Shown here piece after piece: positions 9,704 through 19,403 of a DNA stretch of 59,416 nucleotides (position 1 is its first letter; each line of letters begins with the position of its first letter). Made by a program: the position numbers and the translations under genes. This DNA is from Clostridia bacterium (lineage in GTDB: Bacteria; CBDUZB01; JAGLHV01): assembly GCA_030637025.1 (NCBI GenBank), contig DAOVVV010000014.1, positions 1-59,416 on the forward strand. Direction: 5' to 3'. The notes under the pieces are model-generated. The model worked only from the letters and a program-made list of their open reading frames with translations. It made no database searches and had not been told where the DNA came from.

Positions 9704-10447
9704 TTAAACTTGTTTTGTTTTAGTAGCAACAAGAATTATTGTTTCTCTTAAATATTTTAGAAAATTATATCGGCGAATAAGTTTTGTATATATTATTTCT
9801 AAATAAGTTGTAATTGCTGAAAAAGTCAAAGTTTTAGGAGAACCTTCGAAAAAAAAATTTTCAACAATTCGAAGTTCAGAATTTTTAAGCAATTTTCTCA
9901 ATTTCAAAAAAGTATTTGCCCGATAATATGTAGGAAATATATCGTCCTGCTCAATTTGGTAAAGTTGTTTATTCATAAGTGTATGAAACCAATAAGGTGT
10001 AAATTTAGATGTCAGAGATCTCCATCCTATCAAATTAGGAGTCATCATAATAAAAATACCCCCCCTCTTTAGTATTCTTGAAACTTCTTTGAAAAATTTA
10101 TAAGGATATTCTAAATGCTCAATTAACTCCTGACAAACAACAATATCTATTGAATTATCAATTAAAGGAATTTCATAAACATTACTCACCATTTTTTTAT
10201 GTATCGTTTGATTTTTTTTAATTTCAGTTGATAAATCTACTCCTATTGCTAATTTAACTCTTTCCTTATAATTAATTGGTGTTGCCTTCCCTCTCCCGCA
10301 TCCCGCATCAAGTAAAATACTTGATGATGATAAATATTGCTCTAGGAATTTTTTATATGGGATATTTCTTCCCTCATAAACAGGATAATATTTTTTGATA
10401 ATATTCCAACAGTCTTTTTTTGCTTTAACCCTTGCAAATATACTCAT
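9704..10447 (-). CDS. Class I SAM-dependent methyltransferase
   Basis: LLDAGCGRG, GVDLS, ELIEHL, RILKRGG..TPN. Confidence 0.9.
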   Translation of the reverse strand: MSIFARVKAKKDCWNIIKKYYPVYEGRNIPYKKFLEQYLSSSSILLDAGCGRGKATPINYKERVKLAIGVDLSTEIKKNQTIHKKMVSNVYEIPLIDNSIDIVVCQELIEHLEYPYKFFKEVSRILKRGGIFIMMTPNLIGWRSLTSKFTPYWFHTLMNKQLYQIEQDDIFPTYYRANTFLKLRKLLKNSELRIVENFFFEGSPKTLTFSAITTYLEIIYTKLIRRYNFLKYLRETIILVATKTKQV

Positions 10448-10449
10448 TT

Positions 10450-11643
10450 TTAAGCAATCCTTTCATAAATTGATTTATATATTTTTATATACTTCTCTGC
10501 CATTTTTTTTGAAGAAAATTCATTTATAACTTTTTCATAGCCATTTTGAGCTAAAAAACTTGCTTTTTCCTTGTCTTTCAAAAGACCTACGATTAAATCA
10601 GCTAATTTTTTCTCATCCCCAGGCTCCACAAGTAATCCCGTGTAACCATCTTTAATTATCTCAGGAATTGCTCCCACTCTGGTAGCAACAATTGGTTTCC
10701 TGGCAGCCATTGCTTCAAGTAATACTATAGGCATCCCCTCTTTTAAAGAGGACATCACAAACACATCTATAATATCAAGTATCTCGGGAATATCCCTTCT
10801 TATCCCGGTAAATATCACCTTGTTTTCCAATCTCAAACTCCCAACTTTAAGTTTCAGATCTTTCATAAGAGGACCATCACCTACAATTAAAAATTTAGTA
10901 TTGGGAAAAACAGTTAAAATTTTTTTCGCTGCTTCTAAGAAATAAATATGTCCTTTACTATTAGCTAATCGGCCTATAATTCCGACTACTTTTTCATCCT
11001 TTCTAATTCCAAATTCTTCTCTGATTTTGACTCTTCTGTCCTTCGCCATCCGTTCTCCGCCATCTGGCTCTATTTTGCCTTTGTGCCCCAATGCCTCTGT
11101 ACCTTGTTTCTGGTACTCTTCCTCATTTCCTATATCAATTCCATTATCAATAACTAAAATCTTTTTTTTAGAAATTCCACACTCAATAATATTATGTTTC
11201 AATTCCTCTGAAATTGCTATCACTTTATTAAATCTCTTAAGTAATAATTTATCTACTCTTTCATAAAACTTCAATTTTAGACTAATCGAATACCAGGTGT
11301 GACAGGTAGCAACATTTTTAATCCCCATATTTAAACTACTCAATAATCCATAAAAATTAGATTTATATCCGTGCGAATGAATAATATCTATTTTATTTTC
11401 TCTCAAAAAATATCTTATACTTAAGATTGTTTTAATATCAAATCTACCTTTGCAATCAAAAATTTCTACAGGCAAATTACATTTATGAGCATTTTGGGCA
11501 ACTTCAAGATGTGGATTATTATAATTTTTAAAAACCCCAACATAGGCCCCCAAACCTTGTTTTATTTGTTCCCGGGCTAAAGTAACCACAACCCTCTCCG
11601 CCCCAAAAAAACCCCCACTACTTATTAAGTGAAGAACCCTCAT
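10450..11643 (-). CDS. Glycosyltransferase family 4 with an in-frame repeat-derived insertion
   Basis: GGFFGAER, GRLANSKG, EGMPIVLLEAMA; insertion QGTEALGHKGKIEPDGGERMAKDRR. Confidence 0.9.
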   Translation of the reverse strand: MRVLHLISSGGFFGAERVVVTLAREQIKQGLGAYVGVFKNYNNPHLEVAQNAHKCNLPVEIFDCKGRFDIKTILSIRYFLRENKIDIIHSHGYKSNFYGLLSSLNMGIKNVATCHTWYSISLKLKFYERVDKLLLKRFNKVIAISEELKHNIIECGISKKKILVIDNGIDIGNEEEYQKQGTEALGHKGKIEPDGGERMAKDRRVKIREEFGIRKDEKVVGIIGRLANSKGHIYFLEAAKKILTVFPNTKFLIVGDGPLMKDLKLKVGSLRLENKVIFTGIRRDIPEILDIIDVFVMSSLKEGMPIVLLEAMAARKPIVATRVGAIPEIIKDGYTGLLVEPGDEKKLADLIVGLLKDKEKASFLAQNGYEKVINEFSSKKMAEKYIKIYKSIYERIA

Positions 11644-11665
11644 TTTTTACCCTCTAAACCCTGCT

Positions 11666-11767
11666 ATAGTCATAATTAAAATCGTCATATATAGTCTCAT
11701 GGTTATATTAAAAACCGTCATACATAGTCATATACTCGCTTTACTCGTGTCATAATATTGTCATAAC
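11666..11767. repeat. Downstream arm (AGTCA units) of four-helix-bundle cassette 1
   Basis: GTCATA recurring with about 10-11 nt period; inverted relative to 12180-12235. Confidence 0.8.
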
Positions 11768-11774
11768 AGAATTA

Positions 11775-12146
11775 TTATACAATAGCTGTTTTGCCTATAC
11801 AATTAATATAGTTATTGATTTTTATTTGTAATTGTTTGTATTTACTCAAGAAATGGTTTAAAATATTCTCTGTAATATAATTACGTTTTTTACTAAAAAG
11901 CATAAAATGTTTTATTTCTACCAGAGAACCCCTTGCCTGACGACAAAATTGAATATTCTCCTTATAATGAAAACGCCCATAGCCTTCAGCAATATTGGCT
12001 CCAACAGAGGTAACAGCTCTTCTTAATTGCGAAATTACATTAAATTTTTCATCAGAAGGAAATTTGTCTGTTAAATCATATATCCAACCTGCTAAATCTT
12101 CTGCTAATTTATATATTTCTAAATCATCAAAATCCTTTATCATCAT
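11775..12146 (-). CDS. Four-helix-bundle protein (23S rRNA IVS-protein / Avd-like family)
   Basis: FDDLEIYK, FPSDEKF, SQLRRAVTSVGANIAEGYGR, ARGSLVE. Confidence 0.9.
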   Translation of the reverse strand: MMIKDFDDLEIYKLAEDLAGWIYDLTDKFPSDEKFNVISQLRRAVTSVGANIAEGYGRFHYKENIQFCRQARGSLVEIKHFMLFSKKRNYITENILNHFLSKYKQLQIKINNYINCIGKTAIV

Positions 12147-12179
12147 CGTTCCCTTTATTATTAAATCCTTTATATTTTT

Positions 12180-12235
12180 ACCATTCTTTAACTATGTTTG
12201 ACTATCTTTTGACAATTGTTTGACTACTTATGACT
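12180..12235. repeat. Upstream arm (TGACT units) of four-helix-bundle cassette 1
   Basis: AACTATGTTTGACTATCTTTTGACAATTGTTTGACTACTTATGACT; overlaps the stop codon of the upstream gene. Confidence 0.85.
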
Positions 12236-13580
12236 TGTTGTTTATTTTGCCATTAGCTATTATTTCTCCTCTGCTATTCACCATCTTTTCCTGATTCATA
12301 ATAATATATGCACGCGTTGTAATTCCTAAAAATATCCAAAAATAAGCGCCTAAAGGAAGAAAACTCCACCTGTCACCAAAGCCATTGGTGAGCATAACTG
12401 AAATCACACAAGCGGCAAAACCCAACCCAATTGCTTTAAAGAAATCATCATCTGCTTCCTTATATAATCTCCAGGCAGTAATAAAAGCTCTATAACACAA
12501 AAAAAGGAATGTTCCCAATCCTAAAACACCTAATTCGGCTAAAAGTTTTAGATAAAAATTATGGGTATCTCTCCATTTTCCCGATTGAAATGTATTAAAT
12601 CCTTTTCCTATAAGCGGAGAACTCATAAACATTCCCCAGGCTGTGTTCCACAATTCAACCCTTACGGCTGCGGAATGTTCCAATTCTCCTCCTTCAGTTC
12701 TTGTCATTTCTATTCTTTCTTTCACGACAGGAGGAACTAACGAACGCCAAAAAATAAAAAACAAAATTAACAAAAGCAGTATCTTTTTATCTTTAACCAA
12801 TCCAATAAATAAAATTCCGCCAAGAAAAGCTATATAAGCACCCCTTGAAAGGGTATAGATTAAACAATAACCTGCAAGTGAAATACTCCCTAACAAAATC
12901 ATTTTTCTTATTTTAGACTTGTCAAACAAAAAAAAGGCTATTAATATAAAAACAAAATGGGCAAAAAAAGCACCATAATGATTGGCCCCCAGATAAACAA
13001 ACAATCCGGTCATCATATTTCTAGCTTTATGGGAAAAATGATATATATTCATCCACTGAAGATTATTATAAAAATAGAAACTAACCCCCAATATGCCTAT
13101 AACCATTAAACAACTAAGTAATTTAAGGGTTTTTCTATCCTTAATGGCATAAACAGTTAAAAACCATACCAATGGTAATAACATATAGTTTTTCCATTCC
13201 AAAAGATAGGGATTTCTTAAATCAAAAGACAAGCCAGTACTTAATGAACCATTAATAAACCCCACAAAAGTAACAATAACTATCAACATTATCGGCAAAT
13301 TTAAGTCTGTTTTTTCAACTAAAGATGTATTTTCTGAGACACCTCCAGTCTTATTCCCTTTTCGCATAAACCAGCCAATCAGTATTACCCCAAACATTAT
13401 ATCGTTTAAATCTTTTCCTAAAGGAAAATCCTGAATTTTCTGAAATATATTTTGATAAGGTAAAAGAGGAAAAAGAAATAATACTCCAATTTTAGGACTC
13501 CAAAACATTGATAAAAGAACAATAATCATACTCGTATAATAAATAATTAATGGTACATATTGAGCAAGTCCTAAACCCAT
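12228..13580 (-). CDS. O-antigen ligase / Wzy polymerase family protein
   Basis: Multi-TM; TLSRGAY, SAAVRVELW, PLIGKG, THNFYLKLLAELG. Confidence 0.85.
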   Translation of the reverse strand: MGLGLAQYVPLIIYYTSMIIVLLSMFWSPKIGVLFLFPLLPYQNIFQKIQDFPLGKDLNDIMFGVILIGWFMRKGNKTGGVSENTSLVEKTDLNLPIMLIVIVTFVGFINGSLSTGLSFDLRNPYLLEWKNYMLLPLVWFLTVYAIKDRKTLKLLSCLMVIGILGVSFYFYNNLQWMNIYHFSHKARNMMTGLFVYLGANHYGAFFAHFVFILIAFFLFDKSKIRKMILLGSISLAGYCLIYTLSRGAYIAFLGGILFIGLVKDKKILLLLILFFIFWRSLVPPVVKERIEMTRTEGGELEHSAAVRVELWNTAWGMFMSSPLIGKGFNTFQSGKWRDTHNFYLKLLAELGVLGLGTFLFLCYRAFITAWRLYKEADDDFFKAIGLGFAACVISVMLTNGFGDRWSFLPLGAYFWIFLGITTRAYIIMNQEKMVNSRGEIIANGKINNKS

Positions 13581-13589
13581 ATTAGCCTC

Positions 13590-14156
13590 TCATTTTTTTT
13601 CATTCTTCCAAAAATATTCTATTAATTGTTCTTTCCAAGTTTCACGAGGACCTTTTATATTAAGTGTCTTCCATTTTTTAACACATTTTTTTTTATATTC
13701 ATCCATTGTACAAATCGCTCTTGCAGGAACCCCGGCTACTACAGTATTAGGAGGCACATCCTTACTAACTACTGCCCCTGCTCCCACTACAGAATTAGGA
13801 CCAATAGTTACATTTGGTAAAATAATACTATTAACTCCAATAAAAGAGTTATCTTTAATCTCTATTTTTCCAAACACATTCAAATCTAATATCTCTTCTC
13901 TAAACATCCCTGATCCTCCATCATGAGTTATAAACATAACTCCTTTTGCAATTGCACAATGATTCCCTATTTTAACCAAGTAGGGCTCGCTGCCAAAATC
14001 TCTTATTAAAATTCTATTGTTTTTTCCTACAAAATAGCCCTTTTTTCTAAAATATTCCTCAATAGTATATTCATTATATTTTCGCATCTCCATTTTGTTT
14101 ATAAAATCTTTAAACAGCTGTTTAATAGTTTTAATCATATTATTCCACCGTTCCAT
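13590..14156 (-). CDS. Hexapeptide-repeat (LbH) acyltransferase
   Basis: EPYLVKIG, FITHDG, ILPNVTIGPNSVVGAGAVV..VAGVPAR. Confidence 0.9.
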   Translation of the reverse strand: MERWNNMIKTIKQLFKDFINKMEMRKYNEYTIEEYFRKKGYFVGKNNRILIRDFGSEPYLVKIGNHCAIAKGVMFITHDGGSGMFREEILDLNVFGKIEIKDNSFIGVNSIILPNVTIGPNSVVGAGAVVSKDVPPNTVVAGVPARAICTMDEYKKKCVKKWKTLNIKGPRETWKEQLIEYFWKNEKK

Positions 14157-14164
14157 TCCTTCCT

Positions 14165-15364
14165 TTATAATTTTTTATTAAAAGACTCGTATATTTGTTC
14201 ATAAATTAAAAGTGCTTTATCCCAGCTATACTCTTTCTCTACAGTTTTACGTGCTTCTTTTCCTAAACTCATTCTAAGCTTTCTATTTCTGATTAAAGCA
14301 ATTACTTTATTAGCAAATCGAGATGGGTCATCAGCCAAAAAAATATTCGTGTTATTCACAACTGAAATTGACTCTACTCCTAGGGAACTAGAAACAATGG
14401 CCTTATTCATAGCCATTGCTTGTAACACCTTGTTTTTTATTCCACAACCACTTATCATAGGATTAATAAAAACAGTTGCTCTTGTTAAAAAAGGTCTAAT
14501 ATCATCTACTCGCCCTGTCACGATTATACCATTTTTATTATTAAATTTTCTTATCTCTTCAGTTTCATCTGTTCCTACAATATAGAACTTTACCTGTGGA
14601 ATTTCCTTCTTAATTAATCGATATATTCTATTAATAAAATATTTAACGGCCTCAATATTCGGGGCAAAGTTCATTTTCCCGGTAAATATTAAAGTTGCAG
14701 ATTCTTCTATTGAATCACTTTGGGGTTTAAAATAATCTAAATCTACGCCATTAGGTATTACATATATTTTATCTCTGAGATTCAACTTATTATATACATT
14801 AGCATCAATTGAAGAAACAAATATTGTAGTAAAAAATTTTTTTATTATTTCTTTTTCGTAATTAAATAATCTTAACATATAAATAAATAAGCCTATCTTT
14901 GAAAAATTAGGTGCATTTTTAATCTTTCTTTTCACATCTAGAGAATAAGAATCGGCAACATCCCAAATTTTAATAATATTTTCAAAATCTTTTACATATT
15001 GACTCGTAAAGCACCCGAAAACATGTATTACCTCAATTTTATTTTTCCGAATAAATTCTTTTAATCTTTTTTTTACATTATCATAGTCTTCTTTAAATTT
15101 ATACTTCGCGCAAAAACCTGGTTTTAATTGTAAAACATTAAACACTTTTCCTAAAAAAAATTCTTTCTTCTTTAACGAAATATGATTAATTGTTATACAA
15201 AAATCCTGTAATATTTCTTGATGTTCGCGTTGGATTTTTTCATTTCCTATATACACAAAATGAACATCATTTTTTTTACTTATTTCTCTAAAAACATTAA
15301 TAACTCTTAAAGTCATGCCAGAATATTTAGGAAGTAATACATCAATTAATAATAAGATATTCAT
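14165..15364 (-). CDS. Glycosyltransferase family 4
   Basis: IPNGVDLDYF, FTGKMNFAPN, GIKNKVLQAMAM. Confidence 0.9.
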   Translation of the reverse strand: MNILLLIDVLLPKYSGMTLRVINVFREISKKNDVHFVYIGNEKIQREHQEILQDFCITINHISLKKKEFFLGKVFNVLQLKPGFCAKYKFKEDYDNVKKRLKEFIRKNKIEVIHVFGCFTSQYVKDFENIIKIWDVADSYSLDVKRKIKNAPNFSKIGLFIYMLRLFNYEKEIIKKFFTTIFVSSIDANVYNKLNLRDKIYVIPNGVDLDYFKPQSDSIEESATLIFTGKMNFAPNIEAVKYFINRIYRLIKKEIPQVKFYIVGTDETEEIRKFNNKNGIIVTGRVDDIRPFLTRATVFINPMISGCGIKNKVLQAMAMNKAIVSSSLGVESISVVNNTNIFLADDPSRFANKVIALIRNRKLRMSLGKEARKTVEKEYSWDKALLIYEQIYESFNKKL

Positions 15365-15402
15365 TTACTTTTTCCTTCCCTCTAAAAATTTTAACTATCA
15401 TT

Positions 15403-16617
15403 CTATAAGATTTCCCTAACATATTTAATATTTGCCCGAGCTAAACTATTTATTTGAGGAATCTTTTCAGACAGTAATTCACATATTCTCGTTTTTTCAT
15501 TAACCATTTTTGTGAATTTATCAAAAAGAGTTTTAGCTGATAAATCATTTATATCCAGCAAAAAATCATAACTTCCAAAAATATCTTTATTAATCCCTTT
15601 ACTTTTTACACTATATCCTATACTTAATGTTGGGACACCCGTTGACAAGGCTGCTATGGTAGCATGGGTTCGAGCTCCAATAAAAAAATTACATTTGGAT
15701 ATAATATATTTCATTTGCATAGCATTGTAATCTGGAGAAATAATATTTATCATCCTGAGGTTTTTGAATTGTTTATAAATTTTTTCCATAAAAATATAAT
15801 CATTGCTTAACTTATCGGGTTTCATTACATGTGGAATTAGCAAAATATAAAGACCAAAACCCTTTATAACTTTATGAAAAAAAATACCAATTTCATCAAT
15901 AATTTTTGAATTACATTTTTCTCCATAACGACTTAAAATGGGCGAAATAGTTATCCCTAAAATTCCTTTCGAATTATTTAAACAAAAATCCTCCAAGGAT
16001 ACTGATTCCAAAGGCAATAAAAAAGCTGGATCGGCTACAAGTTTTACATTTTTAGTAATACCTAATTGCAATAAATAATTAAGAGTTTTTGTCTCTCGAA
16101 CAGTTATTAAATCTACCGATTGTAAATTATCAATAATTTCTTTTAACCTTTCATCTTCCGGAAATGGTCCAATAGAAGCTGCCCATAAAACAAGTTTTTT
16201 TTTCTTTTCTTTTACTAAACGATTAAGATTAAGAAAATATTTCGGAAACCCATAATCCATAGAATAGTTATCTCCACCAACAGAAAGAACCAAATCAGTT
16301 TCTTCTATAGCTGAAATTATTGGTAAATATTCTACTTTCCAATAATTTTTTCTATATGTCGCAGAAAAAACTTTATGTAATTGCCTAATCATCCATGAGG
16401 CTGTCCAACGACCCCGTAGTTTTTTAGATGGAAGAATCTTAACATGGGAACCGAAATCAATCAACTTTTCTTTTTCATGATAAAAAGTAGATATTATAAT
16501 TTCTGGATCCTTAAATTCCTTGCGCAGCATTGATATGGTAGTGCGAATAATTGCTTCGCAACCCCGATTAAATGACCCACTATGTCCTACTAATAAAAAT
16601 TTCATTCTATTCTCCAT
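15403..16617 (-). CDS. Polysaccharide pyruvyl transferase family protein
   Basis: NRGCEAI, GGDNYS, SIGPF, ITVRE, ADPAF, GARTHATIAA. Confidence 0.9.
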   Translation of the reverse strand: MENRMKFLLVGHSGSFNRGCEAIIRTTISMLRKEFKDPEIIISTFYHEKEKLIDFGSHVKILPSKKLRGRWTASWMIRQLHKVFSATYRKNYWKVEYLPIISAIEETDLVLSVGGDNYSMDYGFPKYFLNLNRLVKEKKKKLVLWAASIGPFPEDERLKEIIDNLQSVDLITVRETKTLNYLLQLGITKNVKLVADPAFLLPLESVSLEDFCLNNSKGILGITISPILSRYGEKCNSKIIDEIGIFFHKVIKGFGLYILLIPHVMKPDKLSNDYIFMEKIYKQFKNLRMINIISPDYNAMQMKYIISKCNFFIGARTHATIAALSTGVPTLSIGYSVKSKGINKDIFGSYDFLLDINDLSAKTLFDKFTKMVNEKTRICELLSEKIPQINSLARANIKYVREIL

Positions 16618-17843
16618 TTTCTAATTAAATTAAATATAAATATCTTTGTTAACTTGTACTTTCGCATAACCAGAGACATAAATAGTATATATAATTTTAA
16701 CATACTCATTCCTATTATCTTAACCCAAAAATCACCTGAATAAATTTTACTTGATACCCAGCTATTAAATAAAAAAATCCTTTTTTTATCAATACTATTT
16801 TTTTTAAAAATTAATGCACCCTTTTGTGAGTTTATTACTTTCTCTTCTTCAATTGAACTTAAAGATATATGCTCTGCTCGCATTTCTTTTTCGATAATAG
16901 CTTTTAACTTTTCATTCCTTATTGCAATAATAGAGGTTCCTTTAGGATCATTTATATACGGTTTTAACCACGCATCCATAAAGGATATATCCGCATATTT
17001 TGCAAAAAGGTCTTCACAATAAAAACAAGCATTTGTTGAAAAAAAATAATTGCACCATATTTTTCCTACCAAACTATCAGAAAAATTCAATTGCCTTGTA
17101 TTTTCACCATTTTTTAATATTCCTTTAAATCCATAATTGCTAGCCTTATTGGTATTTTCTTTACACCTAAATTGAACATCCTTTACATCTTTTTCCCTAG
17201 TTCCTGTCAACCTAATAAGAAAAGAAGTGTAATTCTTGTTTTTATTATGCCCACAAATTAATCCGAGTAAATACTTAATTTTCCCCCCAATTAAAGAATT
17301 CTTTTGTTGAACTAATCGCAATGCATCAACAACACAAGGTAATCCTACAATTGCATATTGTCCAACCTCTTTCTTTAGAAGTTTTAAAACAGAAGAAAAT
17401 TCTACTGGATAATATTTTGAACCTGCATAATTAGCAAGTTCTTTGGATTTTTTCACTATAACTGGTTCAAAAAAACGGTCCTTTTTCTTAGAAGAACCCA
17501 CAACAATCACCCCATCTACCATTTTCCTTTCCAACAACACTCTTAATACTCTAGTCGCTAATCCCCCAGACGCCCCCTTTATTCTTTCTTCTTCTATATT
17601 AGAATACCCCACATAGTTTTTTATATAATTTCCTAAAGGAGAAACCAAAGAACTTTTAGTTGTGCTCTGTGCAAATGGACAAACAGAAAGACAATTTCCA
17701 CAATCCTTACAGTTTAAAACGATAGGAACTAACTGTCCATACTTATCAAAAACCATTTTTAAACACTTTTCTGTTATACCAACACAAACTCCGCAACCAG
17801 AACACAAACCATTTTTAACTATCTCTGTTACTACATTTTTCAT
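16602..17843 (-). CDS. Coenzyme F420 hydrogenase/dehydrogenase beta-subunit-like Fe-S protein
   Basis: CSGCGVC, CKDCGNCLSVCP, ASGG, GSKY, VGLPC, GLIC, ADIS.MDAW. Confidence 0.85.
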   Translation of the reverse strand: MKNVVTEIVKNGLCSGCGVCVGITEKCLKMVFDKYGQLVPIVLNCKDCGNCLSVCPFAQSTTKSSLVSPLGNYIKNYVGYSNIEEERIKGASGGLATRVLRVLLERKMVDGVIVVGSSKKKDRFFEPVIVKKSKELANYAGSKYYPVEFSSVLKLLKKEVGQYAIVGLPCVVDALRLVQQKNSLIGGKIKYLLGLICGHNKNKNYTSFLIRLTGTREKDVKDVQFRCKENTNKASNYGFKGILKNGENTRQLNFSDSLVGKIWCNYFFSTNACFYCEDLFAKYADISFMDAWLKPYINDPKGTSIIAIRNEKLKAIIEKEMRAEHISLSSIEEEKVINSQKGALIFKKNSIDKKRIFLFNSWVSSKIYSGDFWVKIIGMSMLKLYILFMSLVMRKYKLTKIFIFNLIRKWRIE

Positions 17844-17891
17844 TTTAAAAATCCCTTTAGTTAAAATTTATTTATAAATCTTCAAGTAATT

Positions 17892-19400
17892 TTATTCATT
17901 ACTAAAAATTAACTTTTTAAAATAATTTTGCTCTATGTTATTTAACCCAACAAAAAACACAGCACCTGCAAAAAAAACAAGTTCACAAGAAATTAGAACC
18001 AACAAATTTAAATAATTTGGAATAATAAAACTTTTTATTATCCACCAAAACCCAATAAAACCTATCAAGGATTTTAATAATATTGAAAATACTATTTCAA
18101 AATAATATTTCCAAACACTTAATTTAATCGCTTTACAAGTATAAACAGGCTGAACAAACAATTTAATTATTATCATCGGTATAGCTGTCCCAAATGCTAC
18201 ACCCATAAGTCCAAATTTTTGTACAAGAATTAAGCTAAGAATAAGATTTGCCACCCCTTCAACCGAATTGGATATAGCAAAAAATTTATGTTTAGAAATA
18301 CCATATAACAACTGAATAGATGGACTTTGCATTAAAGCAATAATTATCGGTATCACCAACACTACAAGAAGGGGATAAGCAGATAAATAATCTTTTCCCA
18401 TCCACCGTTCAATAAATACTTTACCAAAGAGTATTACCGTTCCACCTATTAATACTGATAAATAACTACTAAGTTTTGTCACTAATATAAATTTCTTTCT
18501 TATCGAATTATAATCGCCTTTACTTTCATACTGACTAAAGACCGGAATCATTAAACCAACAGCACTAACTATAAAATTCATAAAATATTGGATCAAACGA
18601 GATGCTATAGAATAAACAGTTACAAAATTTAGTCCAACAAAAGCAGCAATTATAAAATTATCAATATTAAAGCGTAATTTATCAGCAATTTGAGCAATAA
18701 AAGTAAAAATACTATATTTAAAAAGAGACTTAATTTTTGTTTTATCTACCAATGTTTTCGATAAAACAATATATTTAGCTATTTTTTTTGCAAAAATAAA
18801 AGCAAAAAAATAACTAATTATATCAGAAATAAAAGTAATTAAAGCTAAAGCTAATACCCCATATCCCTTTTTTAAAAAAATAACGACTAAAATGGTTCTA
18901 ATTAACAATTTTGACATTGTAACAATAGTATTTAAATCATATCGGAGATGTGCAGTTAATATCCCGGAAAAAACACGCATTGGTAAACCTATTGCAAAAC
19001 TGCATCCTAAAACAATTATAACCTGGCGAAAGATAACAACTTCTGCTATATTCTTCATAAATAACGGGCTAATAAAAGAGACAACAAAAGATATAAATAA
19101 TGTGAACAGTCCAATTATTAAAAATAGAAATAAAGAACTATTTATAACCAAATTTGCTTCTTTATAATCTTCTTTCCCTATTGCCCTGGAAACATATCTT
19201 TGGATAGCGGAACCCAAACCAAAATCAAAAAGCCAATAAAAACCCAAAAAAGAACCTATCACCATCCATAACCCGTACATTCTATCACCTAAAGAATGAA
19301 TAATAAAAGGCATTAAAAAAAACGCGATAACAATATTTACAAAAAAATTAAAAGTCCTTAATATAGAACCTTTTACCAATGTTTTTGCTTTTGAACCCAT
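17892..19400 (-). CDS. wzx: Wzx-type oligosaccharide flippase
   Basis: About 12-14 TM helices; LGDRMYGLW, FDFGLGSA, YSIASRL. Confidence 0.85.
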   Translation of the reverse strand: MGSKAKTLVKGSILRTFNFFVNIVIAFFLMPFIIHSLGDRMYGLWMVIGSFLGFYWLFDFGLGSAIQRYVSRAIGKEDYKEANLVINSSLFLFLIIGLFTLFISFVVSFISPLFMKNIAEVVIFRQVIIVLGCSFAIGLPMRVFSGILTAHLRYDLNTIVTMSKLLIRTILVVIFLKKGYGVLALALITFISDIISYFFAFIFAKKIAKYIVLSKTLVDKTKIKSLFKYSIFTFIAQIADKLRFNIDNFIIAAFVGLNFVTVYSIASRLIQYFMNFIVSAVGLMIPVFSQYESKGDYNSIRKKFILVTKLSSYLSVLIGGTVILFGKVFIERWMGKDYLSAYPLLVVLVIPIIIALMQSPSIQLLYGISKHKFFAISNSVEGVANLILSLILVQKFGLMGVAFGTAIPMIIIKLFVQPVYTCKAIKLSVWKYYFEIVFSILLKSLIGFIGFWWIIKSFIIPNYLNLLVLISCELVFFAGAVFFVGLNNIEQNYFKKLIFSNE

Positions 19401-19403
19401 TTT

